Shown here one piece after another: positions 30,839 to 42,358 of a stretch of DNA of 64,000 nt (positions are counted from its first letter, which is position 1; each line of letters opens with the position of its first letter). The DNA comes from the human T2T-CHM13v2.0 reference genome, Homo sapiens. A program made the translations under genes and the position numbers. The stretch lies in NCBI RefSeq assembly GCF_009914755.1, contig NC_060935.1; one strand, 5' to 3'. The notes under the pieces were generated by a model. That model searched no databases and was not told where the DNA came from. It saw nothing but the letters and a program-made list of their open reading frames with translations.

Positions 30839-31367
30839 TAGCAACAGTTACTAATAGACTGAAACATCCAACAAGAGTGAAACAGATAACTATATTTTAA
30901 CAAATATGTAATACATTTTAAATATATTTAAATAATATTAGACAGCCATTTTTAAATGTTATAAAAATGTTTAATGATAGAGAAAAAGAGTTTTATCCTG
31001 TTTCATTAAAAAGAAGAAGTGTCCCTCATCATTCAAATCTATCTGGCTTCAGTGTTTGGATAGGAAGAATTCAGATAGTCTAGATAGTGGGTTTAGGGGA
31101 TGCCAAATTATCCAAATCTATTTGGTTGCCATGTTCTGAAACAGTAAGAGTTCAAAAAATATGTGAATATTCTCATTAAAGAAGAGATGTGAAAATGCAT
31201 CTACAACTATTTATTTTTTGAGTTCATATAGTAAAAGTTCAAAAGAGACTCACGCATGGAAATGTCCATAAGTGAGGGAGGCACAGAGAAACTGAAACAC
31301 CCTGAAAGACTAGCAAGCAGTTTCCCACCGCCCAGCACATAGGGCACATGCTCACTGAGTGACACAC

Positions 31368-31453
31368 GGTGGGGTGGGGTGGGGTTGGGGGTGGTGGGGT
31401 GGGGTGGGGTTGGGGGTGGTGGGGTGGGGTGGGGTTGGGGGTGGTGGGGGGGG
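31368..31453 (+). repeat. G-rich minisatellite, 3 exact 25-bp units (GGTGGGGTGGGGTGGGGTTGGGGGT) plus a partial unit
   Basis: Units at 31368, 31393 and 31418. Confidence 0.95.
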
Positions 31454-31905
31454 CAGGTAGATTCTTGCCTCTATTTTGTTTCAGTAAAGTTAAAAATTTT
31501 GCCGAGTGTATACAGTTGAATTTACTTTAGTTAAATGTACATATGTTGATGCTCCAGTGTATGTAGACATACAACTTATACATACATTTGTACGTATTTC
31601 AAAATAATTTACATAGAAGAAAATCTGGAAAGCTATGTCATAATACTAACAATGATTATCTTCAGACAGTGAAATTAGAAGAGATTTTAATTTTCTTAAT
31701 TATGCTTAGCTGTATTTTCCAAATGCTCTAACAATGAACATATTTCTATTATTATAACTTATTAGTTATTAAATTTGATATAGTAAACTAACATAAATGC
31801 AAAGACTTTGTTTTCAGGAATAATAACATTAACATTTTAATTTACAACTGCAGCTCTACTTTGTGAGCTCACAGATTAAATAAAAAGAACACTGTCTAGT
31901 TTTAC

Positions 31906-32044
31906 CTCTAGAGCTTTCAGTTGCAGCCGGTCACGTTCTTCTTTTTCTTTGCCAATAAACCACACCTCCCATGGTGTCAGGCGGCTTTCTGGTAAGCGCA
32001 CCTGTTTCTGTTCTTCTTGGTTATTTTCTGATTCAACCTGAGTG
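31906..32044 (-). CDS. CCDC34: CCDC34 exon 2: (S)TQVESENNQEEQKQVRLPESRLTPWEVWFIGKEKEERDRLQLKALE
   Basis: ttgtag|CAC acceptor, GAG|gtaaa donor, 139 nt; frame joins exons 1 and 3. Confidence 0.95.
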
Positions 32045-33951
32045 CTACAAAAGAGAGGCTACTATAGTACTTGTACAAGAACGTCTTTTGCTTCCTAGTC
32101 CAAATCACTTAACTGTACAGTAAAAGCAAAACTTAATAGTGTATTTTCAATATTGTGATTTTTACAAATATACAGGAATTATACATAAGTATACATTTAA
32201 AAAATCATGAAAAGAAATTCTAATATTTGAATTAGTTTACCTATCAAACTGCCTTTGAATTCCTTCACCTTCTAAAACCACGTTATTTAAAACCCCATTG
32301 GGATAACCCACACCCTATACATTTGCCTCAATGCCAACACTTTTTTATTTCTAAAAATCTTACCTGGATAACTAATTACTCATTACAACATATAATCCTA
32401 ATCAGATACTGAAGCAGACTCTTCCCTTTCCCGCCCTTAAGTAGTTCAGGAAAAAAAGATTATGTAGTGCACACAAAGAGAATAATAGAGCAAACATGTA
32501 ACAATTAGGGACTGTGGGTGAAGGGTAAATGAAAGTTCTTTATATTATTTCACCTTTTTTATAAGTTTGAAATTGTTTTGAAATAAGAAGCCACAAAACA
32601 TTCTTTAACATTTTGGTTGACACCCTTTTGCCAATCCTTAGACAGGGTGTGTATGACTCTCTAGTCTGGTTACCTCCTACCATAGTCTCCATCTCCACCA
32701 TGCACCTCTGTCAGTCTGTCTCTTCTGAGGGTAAGGAAAAATAACAACTCAGGGTAAAGAGAAGAGGGGCAGGGAAATAAGTATATACATAAATAAAGAA
32801 CACAGGGTCTTGGCCAGATACACAAGCCTCATGAAACTGAGAAAAAGCTTAACAATCAGCAGCCATAGAAAGCAAGGTTGTTCAGGACATAAGGTAGCTC
32901 TAAAGACTAGTTTATTACAGACTCAGTTCTTTGTCTCTTTCACATTCCTGCTTATAGCAACCAATTGCTTCACCCACTGCTTTGCACAACTTTTCTACTT
33001 CATAGATTCAGCTTACTCATTATTTTCTGCTACTATTATTTCTTCATTCATTCATGCCCTTATGAAATTTGCATTCTAGTGGGAAAGAGACACTGTTGAT
33101 GTGTTATTTCTTATATGCGTCTTTCCTTCCCAGTCTTGCAGAAGGAACCCATCTGCCCCCACTGTAGTGCAGTTTCAACTACCACTACATGCTGATGATG
33201 TCTATATCAGTAATTCCAGGCCAGACCGTCATCTTGAGTTCCAGATCCTTATTTCCAACTATGTGATACATAACTCAACTTAAATATCAATCAGTTGAAA
33301 ACAAATCTAATCATCCTCTACCATCCACCCACCACCCTTCCCACCAAGAAAGTATACTCCTCTTACAATCCTACGTCAGTGAATGTTATCACCCTCCAGC
33401 CAGTTACTCAAGCCAGAAGCCCTAGCTCTTTGACTCCACCTGCTCCTTGTCAACATGTGGACCCCCCCCCACCCACCGCCACCACCTCCCATACCCACAT
33501 GATCACCTAGTCATGTTAATTCCTCTTTCCATTTTTGAAAGCCATTCTTGTTTCCTCCAACCTTACAACCACCATCTGGACAAAACTGGCCTCCCTTTCT
33601 CCCTTTCAAATCATTATCCACACCTCTTGCCAGATTCATCCCTCAAATGTTATCTTTCTATCATGTCACTCCTCATCTTAAAGTTCTTCAATGGCATCTT
33701 TACCCACAGGATAAAATCCAAACTCCTTAGCCTGACACCCATGAATCTGCCCTTTGCCTATCTTCCAGCCTCTTCTTTCACCAACGGCTGATCCAGACTC
33801 TACATTTCACTCACTAGGAACCCCTGCAGGTTGATGAATGTGCCACGCCCCATGCCCTGTAACTTTCACCTAAATCTGAAATTCCTTTCTTCCACCTCCG
33901 CATAAAGTCAGATTAAGAGCTTAGATTTGGGCGTAAAACAGCCTGGGGTGA

Positions 33952-34209
<258 letters not shown>

Positions 34210-35161
34210 TAAAATGGAGATGACAGTTGTGGCTGGCTACCTTACAGGCAGAATTGCATGAAACTATCCATGCTAAAGCACTTAATATAGTTCCAGGCAC
34301 TCAGTAAGTACTTAGTAAGTCATTTATGACGAACTCCTACTGTCCCTTCAAAATTCAACTCCAGCACTGCCTGGAGCCACAACTCTTGGGCTTCCTGTCA
34401 CTTGCTCATCTCTGCCACAGGCCATGAGTTCCTTAAAGAAAATATATCTCAACTCATTTTTTTATTTCAAGAGCCTGGCTTAGGGTCTAGAATATAGTAG
34501 GGTCCTAGGAAACAGTTGTTGAAAGACAATCAGATCAGTGGGCTTTTCTTTTAAGAAATGACACTTTGAATATTAAATTTCCTTCCTTAATATTTATAAC
34601 AAATGTGTTCAAAATGTGTGGCGCACACACTACAGCTCTACTTATAATCAAGAAAGGCTTGACAAGTGGCCATTTGTGAACAAGATATTTATTACAGCAT
34701 GGTTTTCCTAATGGATAGTGGTAGAAAAACCAGGATAAAGCTGAATAAACAGCAGGCCCAGAGCACATTGTAAAATATTCCAGGAAAACGCTTCTCATTA
34801 TCTTGTCTGAAGCTAACTTTGAGCTTAATCTCAGTTCTGACCAATACCCTTGAAGGTCAATGCATCCTCTAAACATGGCACTATTTATACCAAAAATACC
34901 TTGAGGTAATATCCATTATGTGCAGCTGATGCCTGAGCCTAGCTCAAAGAAGCCTTACCCGATTCGTTTTGCCAGTCAGATCAATATGGCAGGTGAGGCA
35001 TGGAGAAAAGGCATAAAATCCCACACAGCTCTAGGTTGCTCTCTGCTTCACACAGAATACTCAAAACCCAGAACAATGAAAGGGCTGACTCAGGTTGCCT
35101 GCTCTCTTCATCCTGTCACCCCCAAGCTGTCCAGGGCACCAAAGAGAGGTCAGCAGTTTGA

Positions 35162-35440
35162 CCTCAAAAGCCAGATTGTGGACTCCAGAACTCTTATCCC
35201 AAACCTGAACACCAGAACGTGGTTTACTGCACCTTAGTAGTACCTGTGGTTGGTTATTCTGAAAACATACTGATTGCTAGTGAAGTAGGTTGTAGTAAAC
35301 AGGTCACTTTTTATAACACAAAGTGCTGAAGCACAGAGATTAGCAATGTCAACCTCAGCATGTGGAGACATGGTTAGATAGGATCTGAGCATGCACAGAG
35401 GAATGGATGTCATTGTATCAAAGAATGTTAGGACCAATGG
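35162..35440 (+). repeat. Long inverted repeat, left arm (279 bp)
   Basis: Reverse complement of 36759-37033 with 6 substitutions and one 4-nt indel (manual alignment). Confidence 0.97.
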
Positions 35441-36758
35441 AGAGGAAGAATGAGGAAATTTTCTAAAAATCTACCTTTCCTGAAAGGAAGTGCTAAGTTT
35501 CTGAAGCATTTGACAATAATCACTGCATGTATCTGTTCTTTAGGAAGTGGGAAATGGACATGCAGTCAGCAAACGTTTATTGAGCACCTAATAAGCATCT
35601 GACACTTGCCACACACAATGCTTGACAACTTCAGCATTCTCTTTTCAAACCCACGTCCCAGCTACTCCTTTGATTCATAGGGACTGAAATGTGATAAGGA
35701 AGGCAGCCTTAGCCCTGTGGTGCTACCAGCTCATTCTGGCTTTGGATAAGTGAGACGTACATACGTTCACCTCCTCCCCTGGCAGGCTCCACTTAGTCAG
35801 GGCTTTGGCTCTTGGAAACTAATGCAAGGTTTCAGTAGCTGAGCTATAGTTCCGATGGTCATTTATTCCGCAGGTCACTAACTTGTGTCCAGATTGCTTA
35901 GTCCAGTTGATTATGCTCAGAAAGTATTTCCTAAAGCCTTCAAATTTACTTTAAATACCTTTGAGACCAACTCAGTCCTGAAGAATACCTACAAAGGCCC
36001 AGATGAAAACAATTTACTGAAACCCTAACTCTACCATTAAATTTTACTATCAGGTTGATCAGAGGAGGCCTGTTTCTTGTTGCTACAACCAGCCTGGATG
36101 AGTGGCTTGCTTGGTTACTCTTTCTGATCTCCATTCCCACCAATGTACTTACTTTTACTTCTCATTCGTAACTAATTCACTCCTGTAACCATGTATACGG
36201 GTTACTTCATATGGGTTCCATATTCCATTCACTCATGCTGGATATGAACACCCTGTACTGAAGGGGGAATCTTGCTATTTACACATAAAGCATGAGTTCT
36301 CTGGCCTGTATTTCTTAGAGCTCCTGTACTGTGCCTTACACAGCTTGACAATCATAAACTTGTAAATGATTTCCGAAGAAAACGTAATGAGTCTATCCCA
36401 GAATAGACCTGCATTACTGGGCCTGTCTCAGAAATATTCCTTCAGGGATTGGCCCTTTGCTCCTACTTCTGTATACCCAATACTAGGCATGCAGTTTAGG
36501 AAAGAGAACATGATCTGTCTATCTTCGTAGTAGACCCAGGTCTGCTAATAACTAGGTGCATGCCTTTGAGTCACTTTTTGCATTCTGAGCCATGGTTTTA
36601 TTATCTGTAAAATAAGTGGATTGATTTAGGCTTCAATTCATGAGAGTAGAGACCAGTATCTTGTTTACGGTCCCCAGTACGTAGACTAATATGTGGCAAA
36701 CAATGTTTGCTGAGTGAGTAACAGTAGAAATAAACAAATTAAGACAGTTTTAATAACC

Positions 36759-37033
36759 CCATTGGTCCTAACATTGATACAATGACATCCATTCCTCTGT
36801 GCATGCTCAGATCCTCTCTAACCACGTCTCCACATGCTGAGGTTGACAATGCTAATCTCTGTGCTTCAGCACTTTATGTTATAAAAAGTGACCTGTTTAC
36901 TACAACCTACTTCACTAGCAATCAGTATGTTTTCAGAATAACCAACCACAGGTACTACTAAGGTGCAGTAAACCACGTTCTGGTGTTCAGGTTTGGGATA
37001 AGAGTTCTGCAGTGCACAATCTGGCTTTTGAGG
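36759..37033 (-). repeat. Long inverted repeat, right arm (275 bp)
   Basis: Partner of 35162-35440; spacer 1318 bp. Confidence 0.97.
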
Positions 37034-37339
37034 ATTCATAGAACGCCTGAAATGGTAGCAGAGTTTTGTGTGTTTGAGACTATGTACATTTTTCTGGGAA
37101 GTGAGACTGCAGCAATCATAATATCTCAGGAAAAAAGGATTAAGAGCCATAGGAAATCTATGGTCATTTGCAAGAATTTGCACAGGGCTCTTTATGTGCA
37201 AAAAAAACCACGGCACCTCAGTCTGCAAGTGCCTGCTCTGCCTTTGGGGCGGAGGGCAGGAGGATGTTAGAAGGGGGTACTTAAGAGGGTCTAAGGAATC
37301 TTGAAAAGGGCTGAATCGGCCGGGCGGCCTCGGGTTTAC

Positions 37340-37698
37340 CTGGCGCACCCCTGTAACTCCATTCCTCTCAGGCTCGCCACTTTGGCCTCTGAATCATGGG
37401 CATCTTCATCCACGTCTTCCTCATCATCCACGTCTTCCTCATCCTCCCCGTCACCGTCGTCCTCGTCAAACTGGAAGCTCTGGTGGCCAAGGGGAGACAA
37501 CAGCGACCTGGTGGAATTGCTGCAGCTCAGCGGCAGCGGCGGCGACGGCGAGCGCACCACCTCCAGCCCCTGCCCACGTGCGCCCGTCATAGGGACTGAG
37601 CAGGAGTCCGAGGAGGGCCGAGACCTGGGTCTGCAGTCAGCAGAGAAACCGGCGTAGGAAGAGGGAAAAGTAGGCCCCCAGCGCCCCGCCGCCCACAT
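37340..37698 (-). CDS. CCDC34: CCDC34 exon 1 CDS: MWAAGRWGPTFPSSYAGFSADCRPRSRPSSDSCSVPMT...DEDDGDGEDEEDVDDEEDVDEDAHDSEAKVASLRGMELQGCA(S)
   Basis: Recognised N-terminus; donor CCAG|gtaaac; 359 nt; six exons give 373 aa. Confidence 0.93.
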
Positions 37699-37801
37699 CT
37701 GGCCCGCCAAGTTCAAACTGGCGGAGCCGCGGCGGGGACGCGCTTTCCCAGCGGGCCCTGCGCGCGCCAGGCCGGCCAATCCCGGCCAGCACAGACCCCG
37801 C

Positions 37802-37815
37802 GTTGCCATGGCGAC
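37802..37815. promoter_or_regulatory. RFX X-box GTTGCCATGGCGAC
   Basis: One mismatch from the palindromic RFX consensus GTTGCCATGGCAAC; ~105 bp upstream of the CCDC34 ATG. Confidence 0.85.
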
Positions 37816-40449
37816 GCGTGGAGGCCGGGAGGACTTTGTCAGGGCCTGCAGAGCTTGGCTTCCTCCGCCCCGGCCTCCCTTAGCCAGCCCTTCCTCCTCA
37901 GTGGCAGGAAGGTGCCTGCTGTTTGCAAGCTTGTTTAGTACGGTGTCTCCCCACGCCACTGGCGGGGTCCTGGCTCCCTACCGACAACTTTGAGGGCCTG
38001 TCCCTTGTTTGCCGTGGTGTTGCAGTTCATTTTGTACATGAAATATGTTACCTGCCACTGAATCAGGGAAAGACGCAGAAACCAAAACCACCCCCCTATA
38101 TAATTACGAGGTCAGAATTGTGAGCATCGGTCGTGATTTCTTTCAGCACAAGTCGATATATTTTGAGGAGAGGGGAGGGAACTTGATCCAAGTTTACAGG
38201 TGTATCCCAGAACGCACTTTTAGGACAGTCATTGCGTGTTTTGGTAGCACTTCGTTTGCCTGGCATCTTAAGGGACCTAATTTGTCTACACATGTGAATT
38301 TTTGACCTCTTTGAAGCCTCTAGTGTATTGTAGGGTCTGCGTAAAGCACAAGGGATAGATGATTAAAAGTCTCGCCCTTAAGTTCCTCATCCTGTTGTCG
38401 TGAAAAATGATCTCAGTAAATATGCTGATATGCATTTTATGTGGGATCTGAGGGGCACTCTCGGGAATGGGGATAAAGGCAGTAAAGGAAAGGTAGATGC
38501 TTTATTCATGCTGACAAAACTGTACATTTGTAAATAAATAGGGCTTTTGTCCAGTTCATAATGTATATTACCGGTAGAAATACCATAAACGAAAATTGAC
38601 CATGGCTAACACATCACACAAAACTTTTTAGTGACCAGAGTGATACAAAAACTTTGATGAAATCTAGATCTGCAAAATTTAACACAGGAGAATTAGCTAT
38701 GGTAGAAGTAATAGCAACCAAAGGCAATTCAGAAGGCAGAGCTATAATTAATAAAATATGACATGATTAAATCTATTTAAATTGAATATTTTCTTTAAAA
38801 TTTCGGTGAAAACAAAATGAAAGAAAATTGGAGCACTCCAAATGAGTAATAAAGTTGATCAAGGAATAAAACTGACCTAATGGAGTTTTCGTTCTCGACC
38901 CTAGTTATTCAATATTGGCATTTAAAAACCTTTTATCAGAACATCTCTAGAATCAGTAACAAGCTGCCTTAGGGCCTCATAAAGAGGTAAGCTTGAGAAG
39001 CTGTTTTCCAATAGATATAACCAAACATAACTGTAGTGGGAAAAACACTAGTATGAAAGGGACCTGGAATCAGTGGTTTTCTTGGTACTTGATAGGTTTT
39101 CCATTCCTAACACTCCTCTGAAAATAGGGGAAAAATTTACCTCACAGGGTCATATTATCTCATTAATTCTCAAAGTTTCTAAGCTCAGAATCAGAAAGAT
39201 ACAATGAAAAGTTGTGTGTAAACTTCAGAACTTTTTCACTTTAACCTCTACGCATGGGAATCTAAATGTCATATACTTCTTTGTCCCCTTAAAATGTTTT
39301 CCTAAACAAAGTATACCCTTTTCTTGATGCGCCAGGGTCATCATTATGACCAACTGTGACATTATGCACTAGCAATGCTGGACCCCCCCAAGGGTATGAG
39401 GCAGAGTCAGATGGTGCTGGTGTTGGTGTTTGAACATAATTAAGTCCAGCGGCCTCATTTCTTACAGTGCCTTTTCATTACTGGAGCTGAGAAGCCATAA
39501 TCGAGATGGGTAGAATTATATATAAATGTACAAATGTATAAAAGAGTGTCTCTCCCTTTAAGTTTTAGGGTATTGACTTAGTGACATCTTTTCATACAAT
39601 TAGTACTTTGGCCATGGTATATTTGAGGTAATTATGTTTTGCTGGCTCTGGAAACTTATATAAGAGTCACTTTTGCTTAAATAATTCCATCACCAGTTAG
39701 CCCTGTGGCATATATTATACAACTTTAAAAATTTATCCCTAGACATTAGTATTTACAGATGAAACAATATAATGTCTTAAATTTGCTTCAAAATAATGCA
39801 AGGGGCAGAGGGATTGGAGGGGATTAGTGAATAGGATGAAGATGAAACAAGGTTCACTACATGCTGCAGATAATTGTCAAAGCAGTGACAGGTATGGGGT
39901 GAAGGGTAGGGAGGTGGGGTAATTATACTACTCTACTTTTTGTTATGGAAATTTCAAGCATATATGAAATTTAAAACAAACACACACACAAAATTATGTC
40001 CCAAATGAAGAGGCATTGGGTTCTGGTTTGGGGTCAAATTTGCTGTGACTCAGGGATTCACTTAAATTTCATTAAGCCTTTTGTTTTCTCATCTGTAAAA
40101 TGAGGACTTAATGATTGTAAATACTGAAGTATTTCTAAGCATCTGGGCAACTGACTACATTTAATATCATGCAGATTTTTTAATCATTTGCTTTTTAGAT
40201 AAAGATTGAATCAATGGTTTTTCTGAAATTTCATAATCTGTTTTCCATGAGTATAGTTCAGACTTAGGATAAAACCTTATTTCTAAGTTTCAGCAAAATG
40301 TTCTTATATGTTTACAAATAAATATCAAAATAGTGTTTTCTAATGGTTACTTCCAACATTTCTTCTAATACTGTCCACTTACAAATATTTAATTTGCTTA
40401 CTTTAAAACTAAATTCATTAATATACCTAGTTTTAAATTAAGGCAAAAT

Positions 40450-42358
40450 AGATTGCTTTCTAGAAACTTTAATAATTCAAAACACTGAGTACAATATTGT
40501 ATTTCATACCATATAGCACAAAGATTAACACTTTTATATATCTGTTATTCTAGTTTTTAAATGAATAAAATGAAAAGTTTTCAATAACCTGAATTTTGGA
40601 AAAAACCTTTTAATTAGGAGTTTCTTACCAAGTTATGATTTAATATTTATCAGATGTGTAAATATACATGATAGCAATTTTTAAAACTTGTAAATAGTTG
40701 GCCTTACAAAATTACAACACACTGTAAATAAATCCTTCCCACATTTTATACAAACTACATGATTTTGATATACAAAGATTCTGTTTTTATTACACTGACA
40801 ATGTACAACAAAGACTATTTACAATGCAAAAAGTATATAAACCACAATTTAACAGTCTGCTACTGGCAGCCACTATAGTTTAGGAGGTAGCTTTAATTAA
40901 ACGAAATGAACAGAAGCCACATTTCCCAACTTGTGTTCTAAAAATAATTTACATAAGATAAAAATTCATTATATGCACAGTATGTACAGTTTAATTATTA
41001 AACTGCAATCTAGCTGGATTTTTTTAGTATATTCAGAATAACTAATATGGCAGTGGGTTTGCTATTGATTTAGCACACTGTTCAAAAAACATATTGAACA
41101 ATTATAACTTTAAGACTCCACCCAGTAATAGGTCTAAAGCCCATAGATGGGAATCAAGTAAAATTTTTAATTTTTAAAGACACAGGACTAAGCTTTATTC
41201 TTTCTTCTTCTATTTTTATTAATAACATATTATCTTGTTTAACCAGAGTTCAACCTCTGAGCTATTGAATAGGCTCTTTTATAAAAAATAGTATGGGGAA
41301 GATGTATGGAAATTTCCATTTAATAGCACAGGTTCAAGATAATCCAGCTCACTAAGAAATAAACATAAGTACTTCGTGTCATAATTACTCCCCGTTTCGT
41401 CTAATTAAATGCAAGTATTGACCACAGTTTACTTTCTATATAATCCAAGCTATTGCTAGGTGACATCCCAGCAAATTGGAAAATATTAGTAGAGCCAACG
41501 ATATTAGGAAGTATTCATTAATGAGAACATTACATGAAGCCACCAAATCCCTCAGATACTATTAAACCCCCACATTAGTTAGTAGTTTAGCCAAATCGAC
41601 TAAACCCACACAGCAATTAGCCTTTTACTTTTTTTCTAGTAGTGTAATCACAAAACACTTAAGAAAAAATTACTGATTGGACCAAAGCAATGTATAATGA
41701 CTGAAAACAAATGTCCAGCTATTTTTTTAACCTAACAGCTGTTAATATTGTTTTAAAAACATCTTCAGGTTTTAGATTTATAAATTGCTTAAACAAAATT
41801 TATAGTTCTCTTATGTCAAGGATGGCAAGTGAAAACATAATAAAGTAATGCCTATGTATACTCTCACAGTTCTAGCTGGGACAGTCCCTTTTTTGGCCCT
41901 GCAGTAAGTTGTCCTGAGATTAAGGATGAAACATTAGGTAAAATTAGCAAGATATTTTCTTCAGTTATAGAAAATCACATTTTAAAATAGATTTTTAAAA
42001 AATATTAACAGCTGTTCTTTATCTTGTGCTTAATACACAAATAGGTATAAATTTGCTTCTTATGGATCAGAAAAAACTAACATTATATTGCTCTACTACA
42101 CCTAAGATCCTTTTCAAGTCATATATTTGTTTCAAACAGATCATACATTGCTTGGACATTGCATTTTTCACCAATTTATAATTTAGGCACCTGTTCTTTG
42201 AAAATGACTGGTTTGAGAAATAAACTGCCACCTCTCCTTCTTCTAAGTGACACCAGGCAGTGATTACAGAAGTGCTTCCCAGATGAAAGATGAGAATAGG
42301 GTTCACTCTATAAACACTGATTTTGGTTGACGGGGGAAACGGTTACACACACAGTAGT
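40450..42358 (-). other. LGR4: LGR4 3'UTR with candidate poly(A) signals AATAAA (40786-40791) and ATTAAA (40468-40473)
   Basis: Repeat-free AT-rich stretch after the stop codon; hexamers read on the minus strand; exact 3' end inferred. Confidence 0.75.

Larger units (their letters stand above)
37300..38000. promoter_or_regulatory. CCDC34: CpG island / CCDC34 promoter with CCAAT (37776-37780) and GC box (37865-37870)
   Basis: Sharp rise in GC and CpG density against AT-rich flanks; motifs read directly. Confidence 0.9.

Noticed and set aside
35278-35297. TAGTGAAGTAGGTTGTAGTA inside the inverted-repeat arm resembles let-7
   Set aside because: It lacks the GAGGTAG seed and a local pre-miRNA hairpin; a chance partial match.
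35160-37040. Inverted repeat as the terminal inverted repeats of a DNA transposon
   Set aside because: No target-site duplication outside the arms and no transposase remnant in the spacer, which holds MIR/L2-like scraps.
36866-37657. ORFs 36866-37348(-), 36983-37270(+) and 37301-37657(+)
   Set aside because: No recognisable domains; explained by CpG-island composition, antisense to exon 1 and overlap with the inverted-repeat arm.
37810-37959. 207-aa ORF 37336-37959 as the full first exon
   Set aside because: Its listed start is GTG, not ATG, and lies in GC-rich promoter DNA where stop codons are rare; only the ATGs at 37809 and 37698 are credible.
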